The notes under the pieces were generated by a model. The model was not told the origin of the DNA. It saw only the letters and a list, made by a program, of their open reading frames with translations, and searched no databases. DNA of 20,000 nucleotides from Craspedostauros australis (Eukaryota): assembly GCA_030167865.1 (NCBI GenBank), contig JALAGF010005397.1, positions 51,985 through 71,984 on the forward strand, in the 5' to 3' direction. Each line of letters begins with the position of its first letter. Within the stretch, counting starts at the first letter, position 1. This document shows, piece after piece, positions 9,129-18,633 of this stretch. Position numbers and translations under genes: made by a program.

Positions 9129-12100
9129 TCATGGTGACGGTGTGGGCGATGGCGAGTCGACAAGCAAATCTTCGTCCACCTTGAAGTCACAATCTGCCTC
9201 GTATCTCCATGCAAACCCCTTCCAGGCTTGTGCATGTCCCTTGAGGCATCTGTATAGCATGCTCTGAGCGGCATTCCCAGTCAGAATCAGACACGCTGCG
9301 TTGGCAGATCTGTACATGGCAACGGGCTTGTTCGATTTCTGGCATAGCTTCACCACCCTCTTGAAGGTTTTATGGCGAGGCTTGGGTGATGCACCGGCTT
9401 TCGCCTTTCGGTCAAGCTTGCTGGCCTGGAGGTTGACCCTGCGTTTGATCAGCGGCAGGGAGGGTTTGTACCCGGCCGGCGATGATAGATCAGACCGTGG
9501 CGATGAGCCTGATTCCCCGCGACCCTCGGCGGTTTCCAGCCCTGCAGCTGGAGTTGGCGTCGGGTCAATGAATCTCCCACCATCCGTTCCTGACAAGGGG
9601 GACTGAGACGAGAGCGCCGCTTGCCCTTCCGACAATTGCGTTGGAGTCTTAGACTTGATGTTGGACTCCATGATGGTGAGGCATGCCTTCACCTTGCGCA
9701 TCAGAGAAGCCGAGATGTAGTGTCGGCGCAGAGCTTTGATGGCGCGGTACGCTCTTGCGACGAACACCTCACAACGTTGGCACTCGGCAAGGTTGTCATC
9801 ATACGACAGCGTCGCACCGGAGGCCTTCAGTTTGCGGAAGTTGCCTTCGATTTTCCAGTCGCTGATCGCATCACGGACCATCTGACTGACGCCCAGGTCG
9901 GTGATGATCTTGGCCAATGTGCCCACGTCAAATGTGCTCTGTTTCGCGAAGTCAGACGGTTTGAGACAGAGGAGGAGCATTGCCCTTGGGATGAAACCGC
10001 AGCTCATGCCGTCCACCATCCCGTGGCGCCATTCTACATCGTACACGATTGTTGATCTCGTGATTTGGCGACGTGCCTTCACGAGGGATTTCGCCAGCGT
10101 TGGACCGAAGATATGCACGGCGTCCATCGGCGCTGGAGCATCGCTGCTGTTCTCATCGGCGACGAAGAACCTGGCTATGGTGTCAAAGGGCTCCTCACCA
10201 GTTTCTGCGCAATGAGTCTCGCTGTACGGCCGTATCATTGGCGGGCCGTCAGACACCGGAGCAGCCTTGCCTGCCTTCTTTCCCCCGCTTGTGTTGACGG
10301 TTGTTGACTCATGCGCACTCCCCCCGGCATCCTCGGCAAGCATCGACTCGTCGTCGTCGATCACAGTGATCCCCAAACCGCGTCTTGATGTATGCTTTTG
10401 GTTCAATCGTCTGTTCTGTGCGGTCCCATCAAAAGCAGGCAGGGAGTCCAGTGGGCTGCTGAATTTCAGATTGGCCAAAAATTTGTCGGTCTGAGTGGTG
10501 TCGCGGTACCTCCACTTATACCCTCTCCATAGATCCGTCTTCCCTGACAGCACATCGCCGAGGGCGTTCCCCTTCGTTAGGACCATGATGCTCTTTATCA
10601 CTTCCGTCGAAACGAACGTGGCAACCACTTCTCCGCTGTTTGGGCACACAACCTCGATGCGTCGCTTTGCAGAGGACGTGTCGCCGGCTTCAAGCCCGTC
10701 GCAAGACACCGACGACGCCTCATCGCCAGCTGGAGGAGTACTGGAGGATGTGTCCAGAGAAACGATGGCGTGGCTGCCCCTCACGGACTCTTCCAATTCA
10801 TTATCATCATCCGAATCCATCTCTTCATCTCGATCGTAACCGTCGCCTTCGTCCGACATGCTTTCGTCGCTTGCAGCACCCCTGCGTGCTTTTTTTGCTC
10901 TTCTCTGTTCCTTTCCACGTCCATTAGTGCTGTCCCCACCGGCACTTATTCTTCTTCGTTTGTGACCATACCTGCCAGATCGACCGTAGTATGACTTCTT
11001 GCTAGATTGCTTCGCGAGTTTGCGATCGTCAACCAGGTCATCCTCAATTTGGTCCTTGTTATCTTCCTCAACGTAGACGTATTCTTCGTCGTCTTCCCCC
11101 TGCAGGATGCTACGTCGTCTCTTCGGTACCACCTCTTCCTCTTCCTCCTCTTCAACGTCTTCGCCTTCACTATCCTCATCTTCACCGTCCTCCTCGTCCT
11201 CTTCATTTTCGTCATCGTCTTCATCCTGATCTTCTTCGTCGTCTTCGCTTTCGCCGGTGGTATCACCTTTCGACATCTCATCATCGGAATCTTGCTGGGA
11301 TGCTTTCCCGTTCTTCCATGATGTTTTGGATGAATTGGATCTGCTGAAGGGCAAATCGGGTACGATCTTTTCCCTCTTCGCAAGCGACGGATATTTCCGG
11401 ATGATGGACCTCAGCATGATGCCGAGGCAATCTCGAAGCTTCTTTTCCAGCTGAGCACTCCTCGAGGTCGTTTCAAAGTACAACTCACAAGAGTAGACTC
11501 GCGTGCAAAACAGGAGGCAATGTGCAAAGCGGATCCGTTCCCGGTTGCGCCCGTCGATGAAGAATTTCAGCTCGTTCTTGCTTGTGCTGCCTGCCACAGA
11601 TGGCTTCGACAAATCTTCGACGCTGGGCGGGTGCATGAGGTAGTAGTAGTCATCCTCCCATCCCCAGTGAGTGATGGCCTTTTCGATCAGCTCCATACAA
11701 TCCAACGACTTCACGATCTCCATGAGGTGCTGCGGCTCGCTGAGGTAGAATCGCTCAGATGCGAGACACAGCAGAAGCATTTGCGGCTTGATGTACCCGC
11801 CGCAGTTAACACCTCGAATGATCCCGTCCATCCATTGCGACCCCCAAACTATGCCACTGAGATCGATCTGATTGGCAGCTGTGACCATGCACTGTGCAAA
11901 GAGCTCACCGAAGGTGTCGATGGCTTCGAGGCTGGGCTCAAGCCGTCTTCTCGTTCTCGACCATCGGAAGGAAAGCGACTCGTCAGCCTGCCGCGGTCGC
12001 AGAAGTTGGCTCAAACGTATGAAGGGCTCTTCTGCCAGCTCCGCGCAGAATCCGCACTGGTATGGCGTTGCGGCCACGTCATCGTGATCATCGGGATGGT

Positions 12101-12695
12101 TCATGAAGATGTCTTCAAGCGGGAGGACGTCCTTCCACTTGTTCTGAGCGTATCGTTCCACAGCTTCACCGTTGAAAGGGCGAATGATGCTGAGGAGCCG
12201 ATTTATGCGGGTCTTGGACTTGCGTTCAGGAGCGGCGGGAGGCTGCGTACTTTCATTGGAGCCATTCACTGTGGACGGTGATTTGGCGTCTGCCTTGATC
12301 TGTGACTTCGCTTCGGTACTGGAACCAGACGCGGCGCTGCCGAATCCAGCTGATCCATTGGTGCTGGAGGTTGTCGAGCGACCTCCCTGTCGAGCTGTTT
12401 TGCCATTGCTTGCCATCGCCTCTTGCGCCTCGCTCTCTGTGCCCAGGGCGGCTTGTTCTCGAATACTCGGTGAGCTTCCTCCTGCTTGGGCTGGGGTTGC
12501 GATCGAGCCACTCACAGTGCGTGGGCTGTTGTCCTTGGTCGGCTTTGACTCGTGAATCCCGTTCGCCTCGAACTGCTTGCTTTGCTCCTGCGTTCCACAG
12601 GTCTCCGCGTTTCGCGTGAGAGTGGAATCTTGTGGCTGCTTCTTGTTTTCCTTTTCCTGTTTGTTTATCTCTGATCTGCTTGATGCATTTATCAT
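9129..12695 (-). CDS. Uncharacterised, probably nuclear protein (1188 aa): two unknown helical domains, two NUMOD1/IENR1-like modules, central acidic tract
   Basis: 3.5-kb stop-free ORF. Track start 12707 is TTG; first ATG is 12695. Internal duplication is visible by eye; D/E tract; NLS-like PKRRRS, KRRRIS, RRAKKARR. Confidence 0.88.
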   Translation of the reverse strand: MINASSRSEINKQEKENKKQPQDSTLTRNAETCGTQEQSKQFEANGIHESKPTKDNSPRTVSGSIATPAQAGGSSPSIREQAALGTESEAQEAMASNGKTARQGGRSTTSSTNGSAGFGSAASGSSTEAKSQIKADAKSPSTVNGSNESTQPPAAPERKSKTRINRLLSIIRPFNGEAVERYAQNKWKDVLPLEDIFMNHPDDHDDVAATPYQCGFCAELAEEPFIRLSQLLRPRQADESLSFRWSRTRRRLEPSLEAIDTFGELFAQCMVTAANQIDLSGIVWGSQWMDGIIRGVNCGGYIKPQMLLLCLASERFYLSEPQHLMEIVKSLDCMELIEKAITHWGWEDDYYYLMHPPSVEDLSKPSVAGSTSKNELKFFIDGRNRERIRFAHCLLFCTRVYSCELYFETTSRSAQLEKKLRDCLGIMLRSIIRKYPSLAKREKIVPDLPFSRSNSSKTSWKNGKASQQDSDDEMSKGDTTGESEDDEEDQDEDDDENEEDEEDGEDEDSEGEDVEEEEEEEVVPKRRRSILQGEDDEEYVYVEEDNKDQIEDDLVDDRKLAKQSSKKSYYGRSGRYGHKRRRISAGGDSTNGRGKEQRRAKKARRGAASDESMSDEGDGYDRDEEMDSDDDNELEESVRGSHAIVSLDTSSSTPPAGDEASSVSCDGLEAGDTSSAKRRIEVVCPNSGEVVATFVSTEVIKSIMVLTKGNALGDVLSGKTDLWRGYKWRYRDTTQTDKFLANLKFSSPLDSLPAFDGTAQNRRLNQKHTSRRGLGITVIDDDESMLAEDAGGSAHESTTVNTSGGKKAGKAAPVSDGPPMIRPYSETHCAETGEEPFDTIARFFVADENSSDAPAPMDAVHIFGPTLAKSLVKARRQITRSTIVYDVEWRHGMVDGMSCGFIPRAMLLLCLKPSDFAKQSTFDVGTLAKIITDLGVSQMVRDAISDWKIEGNFRKLKASGATLSYDDNLAECQRCEVFVARAYRAIKALRRHYISASLMRKVKACLTIMESNIKSKTPTQLSEGQAALSSQSPLSGTDGGRFIDPTPTPAAGLETAEGRGESGSSPRSDLSSPAGYKPSLPLIKRRVNLQASKLDRKAKAGASPKPRHKTFKRVVKLCQKSNKPVAMYRSANAACLILTGNAAQSMLYRCLKGHAQAWKGFAWRYEADCDFKVDEDLLVDSPSPTPSP
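9198..9362 (-). other. NUMOD1/IENR1-like DNA-binding module, copy 2
   Basis: KRVVKLCQKSNKPVAMYRSANAACLILTGNAAQSMLYRCLKGHAQAWKGFAWRYE fits the pattern K.V....(G)..v..y.S...A...l......i..cl.G......Gy.WrY as I recall it from homing-endonuclease accessory modules. Confidence 0.7.
9642..10229 (-). repeat. Unknown helical domain, copy B
   Basis: PYSETHCAETGEEPF...FGPTLAKSLVKARRQI...W..GMVDGMSCGFIPRAMLLLCL...AISDW...KVKACLTIMESNIKSK aligns colinearly with copy A. Confidence 0.85.
10506..10667 (-). other. NUMOD1/IENR1-like DNA-binding module, copy 1
   Basis: KRRIEVVCPNSGEVVATFVSTEVIKSIMVLTKGNALGDVLSGKTDLWRGYKWRY. Confidence 0.7.
11388..12065 (-). repeat. Unknown helical domain, copy A
   Basis: PYQCGFCAELAEEPF...FGELFAQCMVTAANQI...W..GIIRGVNCGGYIKPQMLLLCL...AITHW...KLRDCLGIMLRSIIRK. 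Confidence 0.85.
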
Positions 12696-12732
12696 CGTTT
12701 GGTGCAATGTTGTGTATGAGTGCGAATGGTTA

Positions 12733-12796
12733 GCGTTGTGTTGTGTTGTGATGCGTTGTGTTGTGATGCGTTGTGTTGTGATGCGTTGTGTTGCGT
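12733..12796. repeat. 15-bp tandem repeat (GTTGTGTTGTGATGC) x ~4, just upstream of the ATG at 12695
   Basis: gcgttgtgttgtgttgtgatgcgttgtgttgtgatgcgttgtgttgtgatgcgttgtgttgcg. Confidence 0.9.
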
Positions 12797-15430
12797 TTTG
12801 CTACGATGCAGGACGAATGCGATGGAAGTCACACACTCAGCGAGCTACTCGTGGAATGGCGCAAACTTCGATGAATTGCACCACGTGTTGGATCAGCCAA
12901 TCTTCGCTGCAAATGTTCGAGGCTGAATGCTCGCGCGAGAAGGGGACGAGAAAGGGTCCCACGATGTTTACGAGTGGATGGACGAGAGCTGTCGTGGGAT
13001 GTCGCGCGCAGAAGCGTTACGCGGCGAAGTTTTCGCTGTGCACAGAACGCCGCTGCAGCTTCTCTCCGCTTTGCCTTCTTGCCTGTTCGTCCTTGTTGCG
13101 ATCACTGTTGCCGTTGCTGTTCGATCGTCTATTTATGATTGTACTCGGATGGCGTCGTAGCTCGTTGCACCAATACAAGTAGGCTGCGAAAGTGTTCTGT
13201 GCTCTGCGATGCTTGGTTCGGGGTGAAGCACGATCTGTTGGTGCTCCCAAACGACAAACGATGCCAAGAACGTGCCTGATCGTATCAGTTGGAGCGTATA
13301 GCGTTGCTCCTCGTTTGCGCCACGTGTGTGTCCAACAACTCAACGCAAACCAGGCGAAGCGTCTGGTGTGCCGTTTTGTGTGTGTTTGCTTTTTCTTGGG
13401 AACCGCGGTAAATACGTTTTCGGCGTCGTTTTCCGATGGGACTGCCTTAGTAGTCCATTTAGTCCGTGCGCTTGGCATCACAACATGCAAAAGGTACTAC
13501 TGTAGACGCGTGATCGACGTGCCGTGGGCGAGGCTATGAACACTAGGAGCTACTTCTGTTGCCATTGATTGCCCAGTGCAGGACAGCTTGACGGGGCTTA
13601 GCCAGCGTCTGCGCCATCAATTTTTGGCTGGGTGTCTTTGGACATGTTGCCACCAACCGTGTTGAGGCCAATCGCCCAGGTACGCGCTTTCTGGGCTTGA
13701 TCTTCGTTGTGCAGTCTTGCTTCAACAGCGGAAACAGTGAGAGCAACCACGAACGCAGGTAGAGGGCATAGCCTCGCGCGTACTCTGTGGTACAGGAAGC
13801 ACCTCTGTCCTGACCAGAATAGCCTGCGAGTGCGAGCGGACACATCCTGCTCGCCGAATGTGACATGACATGTTCCGTTTGCAAACTGAGGCAAGGGCGA
13901 TAGGAAGAGGAGGTGGATGGAGTTGCATGAACTTCGAAGCGGTATTCGCCAGTACGATGATTGGTGCACGAGGCGGCTTGGCTGTCGAAATGTCCGAAAG
14001 CGATTTCTTCATCTTGATGAGGACGAGTGTTTTGTCCTACAGCAACAGGAGATGGCGGAACAACTATGCCTTCTGTGACGTCACATTGTATGAGGAGTGG
14101 TCGTGCGAGACCGCACCACGATCCATGCGATTAATTATTTGACTGCGCAGATAACACGCAAGGTTAGTGGCGTCACATGACTCGAAATGACACAGTGAGT
14201 GTCCACCTGGGCGAACGATGATGCAGATCGCATCGGCCTTCACGTTGCTTTCGTAGTCACTGATGTGGGAGCAGGTCATTCCCGCACGTTGCCCGATCAC
14301 TTGTCATCTCGAGTCTGACTCACACGAATAGGGAGAAGTTCTCTTTTCGCTCAGCCTGGTTGGGGAAACGTTGGCACATCATCTGGACCGAACAAGCACA
14401 GGAAGCTGCCGGCATTCGTCGTCCACAGAAGCATTGAGCCGCGGCTATGTGCCATGCGAGACGAGTTGAACTCGTGATCATTGATTGTCAGGCATGATTG
14501 CGTCACCTTCTTGTTTGTGGTGCACGATGTGAGCGACACGTCGGAAACGAGGGGCTCTCTTCCCTCACGCAGAACAGTTCACCTCAACATAGCCCCTCCT
14601 CCAGGATCACTTGTTTCGTTTTGGGTGTTCGAAGAGATGCGCAGAGTGCAATGGTTGTGTTCGAAGTACTGCTTCGCAAGAGACACCAAGTCACTGCTTT
14701 CGCTCCTGCCAGTTTTCCTATCTTCTAGACACATGGCTTTGAGACACCAAGCTAGACATGCGATAGCACGTGTATGCAACCACACAGATTGCGAGATAGA
14801 TTGGCAACATCTTCATTTGCGCTCATTGACATCGTTGTTAGACGTGAAGAGTTGAGGCAATACTTCTGAAAGCTGTACGTGCATGTTCACGTCTGACTAT
14901 TCAAACACGGTAGCCTATCCCGAACGTGGATTGGCCTGACCGATGATGCACGTTTGATGGTGCTCGAATTGAGGGGTACCCGGTAGCAGACATCTTCGTG
15001 GTTGTTCTTCCGCTGGCGAGGTTAACCGCTGCAGGATCGTAACGATCGGACGCGGTGTGGAGTGATACAACAGTCCATTATAGGTTATCCGCATCCCCCA
15101 GGCTGTATTTGTCCGTTGAGTCATTGAGAGCCACGCTCAGTACCTGGGAATGATAGCGCGTTCTTCGTCTCGGATTCCAGAGAACACGAGCGCTTTCGGC
15201 ACATGTGAGTATCATGATACTATGCCCCAACACACATGGGGAGCGGTGAAACTACAGTGACCAACGTGGCGAACGCACCCGCACGTCGAAGAGGGAGGGG
15301 CATTACATGGGGGAGAACACGCTCCAGTGTCCAAGCCCCGTCGGATCGGTGTTCTTCCGAAGTTTCGCACTCGCGAACGCGCATTGGCACTCGCGTAACC
15401 GTCACTGAGTATGTTAAGCGGCATGCGTTG

Positions 15431-15604
15431 GTAGTGACATGGTCACGACACAGGATAGACGTGGGATCCCTATGAACACGCCTTGGACACGACATGGACG
15501 TGCGACAAGCACGACATCGACATGCGACAGACACGACAGAGGACCGGATCGACGAGCAAGGGGACGCGCAAGTGACGAGCAAGGGGACGTCCAAGTGACG
15601 ACCA
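15431..15604. repeat. Left periodic array: degenerate 11-bp units (GACACGACATG-like) then 23-bp units (GACGAGCAAGGG+GACGYGCAAGT)
   Basis: gtagtgacatg gtcacgacaca ... aacacgccttg gacacgacatg ...; gacgagcaaggg gacgcgcaagt gacgagcaaggg gacgtccaagt gacgaccaa. Confidence 0.85.
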
Positions 15605-15890
15605 AATTTCTCGCAATTACCGTGGTTTTGTCGGTGTGACATGTCGCGAAAACGGCCATACTACGGTGTCTAATCTAGTTGTATTTTAAAGGGCGTCAGA
15701 GTGCACTTTTCAAAAATAGACTGCATGAATGTAAGCGTACTGTCTATACCATGGTAGCACACGTATTTGATCTTGATTTTAACATCATTCTGCAACACAG
15801 TTGACAACAGAGATTTGCATCGCAGCGTCTCCAGACTGATCACCTACGATACTGTGACATCTCTCTATAAGTAAAGTGCGGTAAGGGACA

Positions 15891-15913
15891 NNNNNNNNNN
15901 NNNNNNNNNNNNN
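15891..15913. other. Assembly gap (23 N)
   Basis: Run of n. Confidence 1.
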
Positions 15914-16237
15914 AGCAAGGGGACGTGCAAGTGACAAGCAAGGGGACGAGCAAGTGACGAGCAAGGGGACGTGCAAGGGACGCGACATGAGCACGACGTG
16001 AGCACGACGTAAACACGACGTAGACGTGCCTTGGATGTGACAAGGGTGCAATGGATGCACGACTTGGACGCGACCCTGTCACGACTTGGACACGACATAG
16101 GTACGACTTCGCACACNNNNNNNNNNNNNNNNNNNNNNNNNNNNNNNNNNNNNNNNNNNNNNNNNNGTGCAATGGATGCACGACTTGGACGCGACCCTGT
16201 CACGACTTGGACACGACATAGGTACGACTTCGCACAC
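15914..16237. repeat. Right periodic array: 23-bp units then degenerate 11-bp units, interrupted by a 50-N gap
   Basis: agcaaggg gacgtgcaagt gacaagcaaggg gacgagcaagt gacgagcaaggg gacgtgcaagg; gacgcgacatg agcacgacgtg agcacgacgta aacacgacgta ... gtcacgacttg gacacgacata ggtacgacttc. Confidence 0.88.
16117..16166. other. Assembly gap (50 N) flanked by an identical 71-bp duplication
   Basis: 16046-16116 is identical to 16167-16237. Confidence 0.95.
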
Positions 16238-18365
16238 TGGGCTGTACAAGCGGCGTTGCGAATGACAGTGACGCTCAACGCATGCGTGCGGAGAAACTCG
16301 TGTCCGTTCCGTTGGTCGGCCTGTTTCGACCCCATAAATAGGCGCCTGTGCTATCCGCAGGAAATACCCCGAGCACTGAACATCGTGACACAAAGAGCTG
16401 CAGGGGCATACATGTTGATCGTGCTTCGCTTCCATCATTTTGTGTATGGGACTCATGCGAACATCGTTCACTTGTTGTGTAACCGCCTTTTGCACGCTTG
16501 CTTCGCGGAGGTTCGCATCCAGGAAACGTGTTCTCGCCACGCGCGGCACTACATTTTCAAATTGAGGAAACTGTTACCGTTATCATCTCGATGTGTTCCA
16601 CTGCGACTCCTCGCAGACGGACGCGCGTGATGACATCAGCAATAAACATCGCGGTGAATCACATGAACAGCGGAGAGTGAAGGTCGTGTCGCATGCGCTG
16701 TCCGACACCCAATTGCAAGACACACAGTCTCATCTGTTCTCTCGCACTACGCCGCGCAATCGACATGACCGCTTCTGTCACGGTGAACACAGCGGGCGTG
16801 CGCATCACCAAACCAAGACAAATTCTGCTCATCTCGTGTGCGTTGCGATGTTCGTGTTGCCAACCACGGGGGATGATCGTGGCAGCCAGCTCGTTGCGGT
16901 GTGGTCTTTGGGGCGATTTCTCCGTCTTTCGCCCAGTGACTCAAACCGAAGTGAGTGCGTCACGAATTTGGATGCGCTGATGCTGGACGCTGTGGGGCGC
17001 CTTGTGTCTTTGCGCCAGCTTACTGTGCGGATGGCATCCTCCGCCGCTGCCTCCAACTGACAACAGTCGAATCAAGCACTGTTAACGCACGCACTTGAAG
17101 CGCATTCAACACAGTAGCAACACTGACTCGAATTGAACTCTGTGATGGCTTGCCCTTGTTTGATGTTGTTCCTGTGATGCAAGAGGCATGCGACGGGTCG
17201 GCTGCCCAAACAGATGCACAGAACACACGATAACTAGCCCATCCCTTGTACTAGTAACAAATAGCTCAACTGTCAAAACCACGAAACATGATGATCGTCG
17301 ATAGCTTCCTGTGTCTGTTGAGTTAGCGTGTGGTTGGTGTCCTGGTTTGAAAAGAGCAAGCAAACAATTGCACTGATGGGGTAATCGGTAAAGCGCCATA
17401 TTTTGTTGTTGGGCGTCGTAAATAATATTGTCTGAGTTTGCATCTCGGACGCACTGGACCAGCATCGTGAGGAACGCAAAGCGAATTTTGTGCCCTCGTG
17501 GCAACACCCCCCAAGGAAGAAGACCGCCAGACACTCACGCTTGCTGAAGAGAGTCCCACTTTGTCATGCGAAAAACCCAGAGAATCACCAACGAGCGCCA
17601 GAGCAGCGCGGCCAAACAGACGTTGCACAGGGGCGGGCTCACCACCTTCGACAACGGCAGTGACAGGAGCACGACAGTGATCACGCAGTAACGTAGTGCG
17701 CATTAATACAGGAACGCGGAGGAATGGAGCTGCTTCCAGTGCAGAGTGCGACGGTTGATGACGCGAAGTTCAGTAGGCTAGTAGGACAACGGACAGCTTG
17801 TAGTTGGAGGAGCGCTCTGTGGTAATCAACGACGGTGCGAAAAGGAACTGCTCAGACAAGTACGAAAGTTACCTGAGCAAGGGGAGGGGAGAACACGAAT
17901 GATGATTGCAAATCAGCCACTTCTTTCCAAAGAGGGAAAGCAATTGTGTGACTGCATCAATGCTGCGTCGTGTCGTGTCGTGGGTCTGGGATGGGGATGT
18001 GTTGGCACAGACACAACAGGGGTGGAACGAGAAAAGGGGACATCGTTGGCATGTGCGAACAGTGTGCGACATCGCAACCACGAACGCAAATCAGCACGAC
18101 GTCATGTCGACACGGGAAAGGCGTGCTCTAGTAGTCCCAGGAGCGCATGACTCGACAGACCCAAAAACCGCACAACATACCCCAAGCGTGAACAAAGCAA
18201 AAATCGACGCAAAAAGAGACTTTACCGCGCTTCCCTTGGTGTTGGAGTGTTTGTCCTTTTTTTGGTTTTGTGGCTGTCCGTCGTTGTTTGTGTTGGATAG
18301 GCGTTAAAACACCGTTTTGCAGACATTTGTTGGACGTGGCAGGAATCTGTGCGTGGCTTTGCGTG

Positions 18366-18389
18366 GTGGTCGTGGTCGTGGTCGTGGTC
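18366..18389. repeat. (GTGGTC)4 microsatellite downstream of LTO1
   Basis: gtggtcgtggtcgtggtcgtggtc. Confidence 0.85.
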
Positions 18390-18633
18390 GAGCTGAGCAA
18401 GCCATTCCAACAACCACGCACAGAGACAGAGAAGAGCCCACAGAAGCATCCATTAGGAATGACGATGCATAATGCCAAAAAAGGATGATAACAAGAACGA
18501 ACTTGAGTATGGCACCATCGTCTCATATCTTCTCTTCTACTATAGAATAGCAGTCTAGAGAACATGCAACGATTGGACAATTATAGTACGACCATCTAAA
18601 ACAAGACTGCCACATTGAAAGCCGCCATGCCAT

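Noticed and set aside
13543..14130. Overlapping minus-strand ORFs as a gene or pseudogene
   Set aside because: No recognisable motif, no early ATG in the longest frame, and Cys/Arg/Ser-rich composition typical of non-coding frames.
15551..15978. 23-bp repeats as a CRISPR array or telomeric repeat
   Set aside because: Units are head-to-tail without unique spacers, there are no cas genes, the context is eukaryotic, and they do not resemble TTAGGG-type repeats.
16046..16237. Perfect 71-bp direct repeat around the 50-N gap
   Set aside because: Both copies abut the gap exactly, typical of unmerged overlapping contig ends; probably an assembly artefact.
17865..17915. U1 snRNA-like words (TTACCTG, GGGGAG, CACGAA, ATTGCA) on the plus strand
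   Set aside because: The 5' end is not ATACTTACCTG, motif spacing is wrong, stem I cannot form in the right order, and no Sm site is evident.
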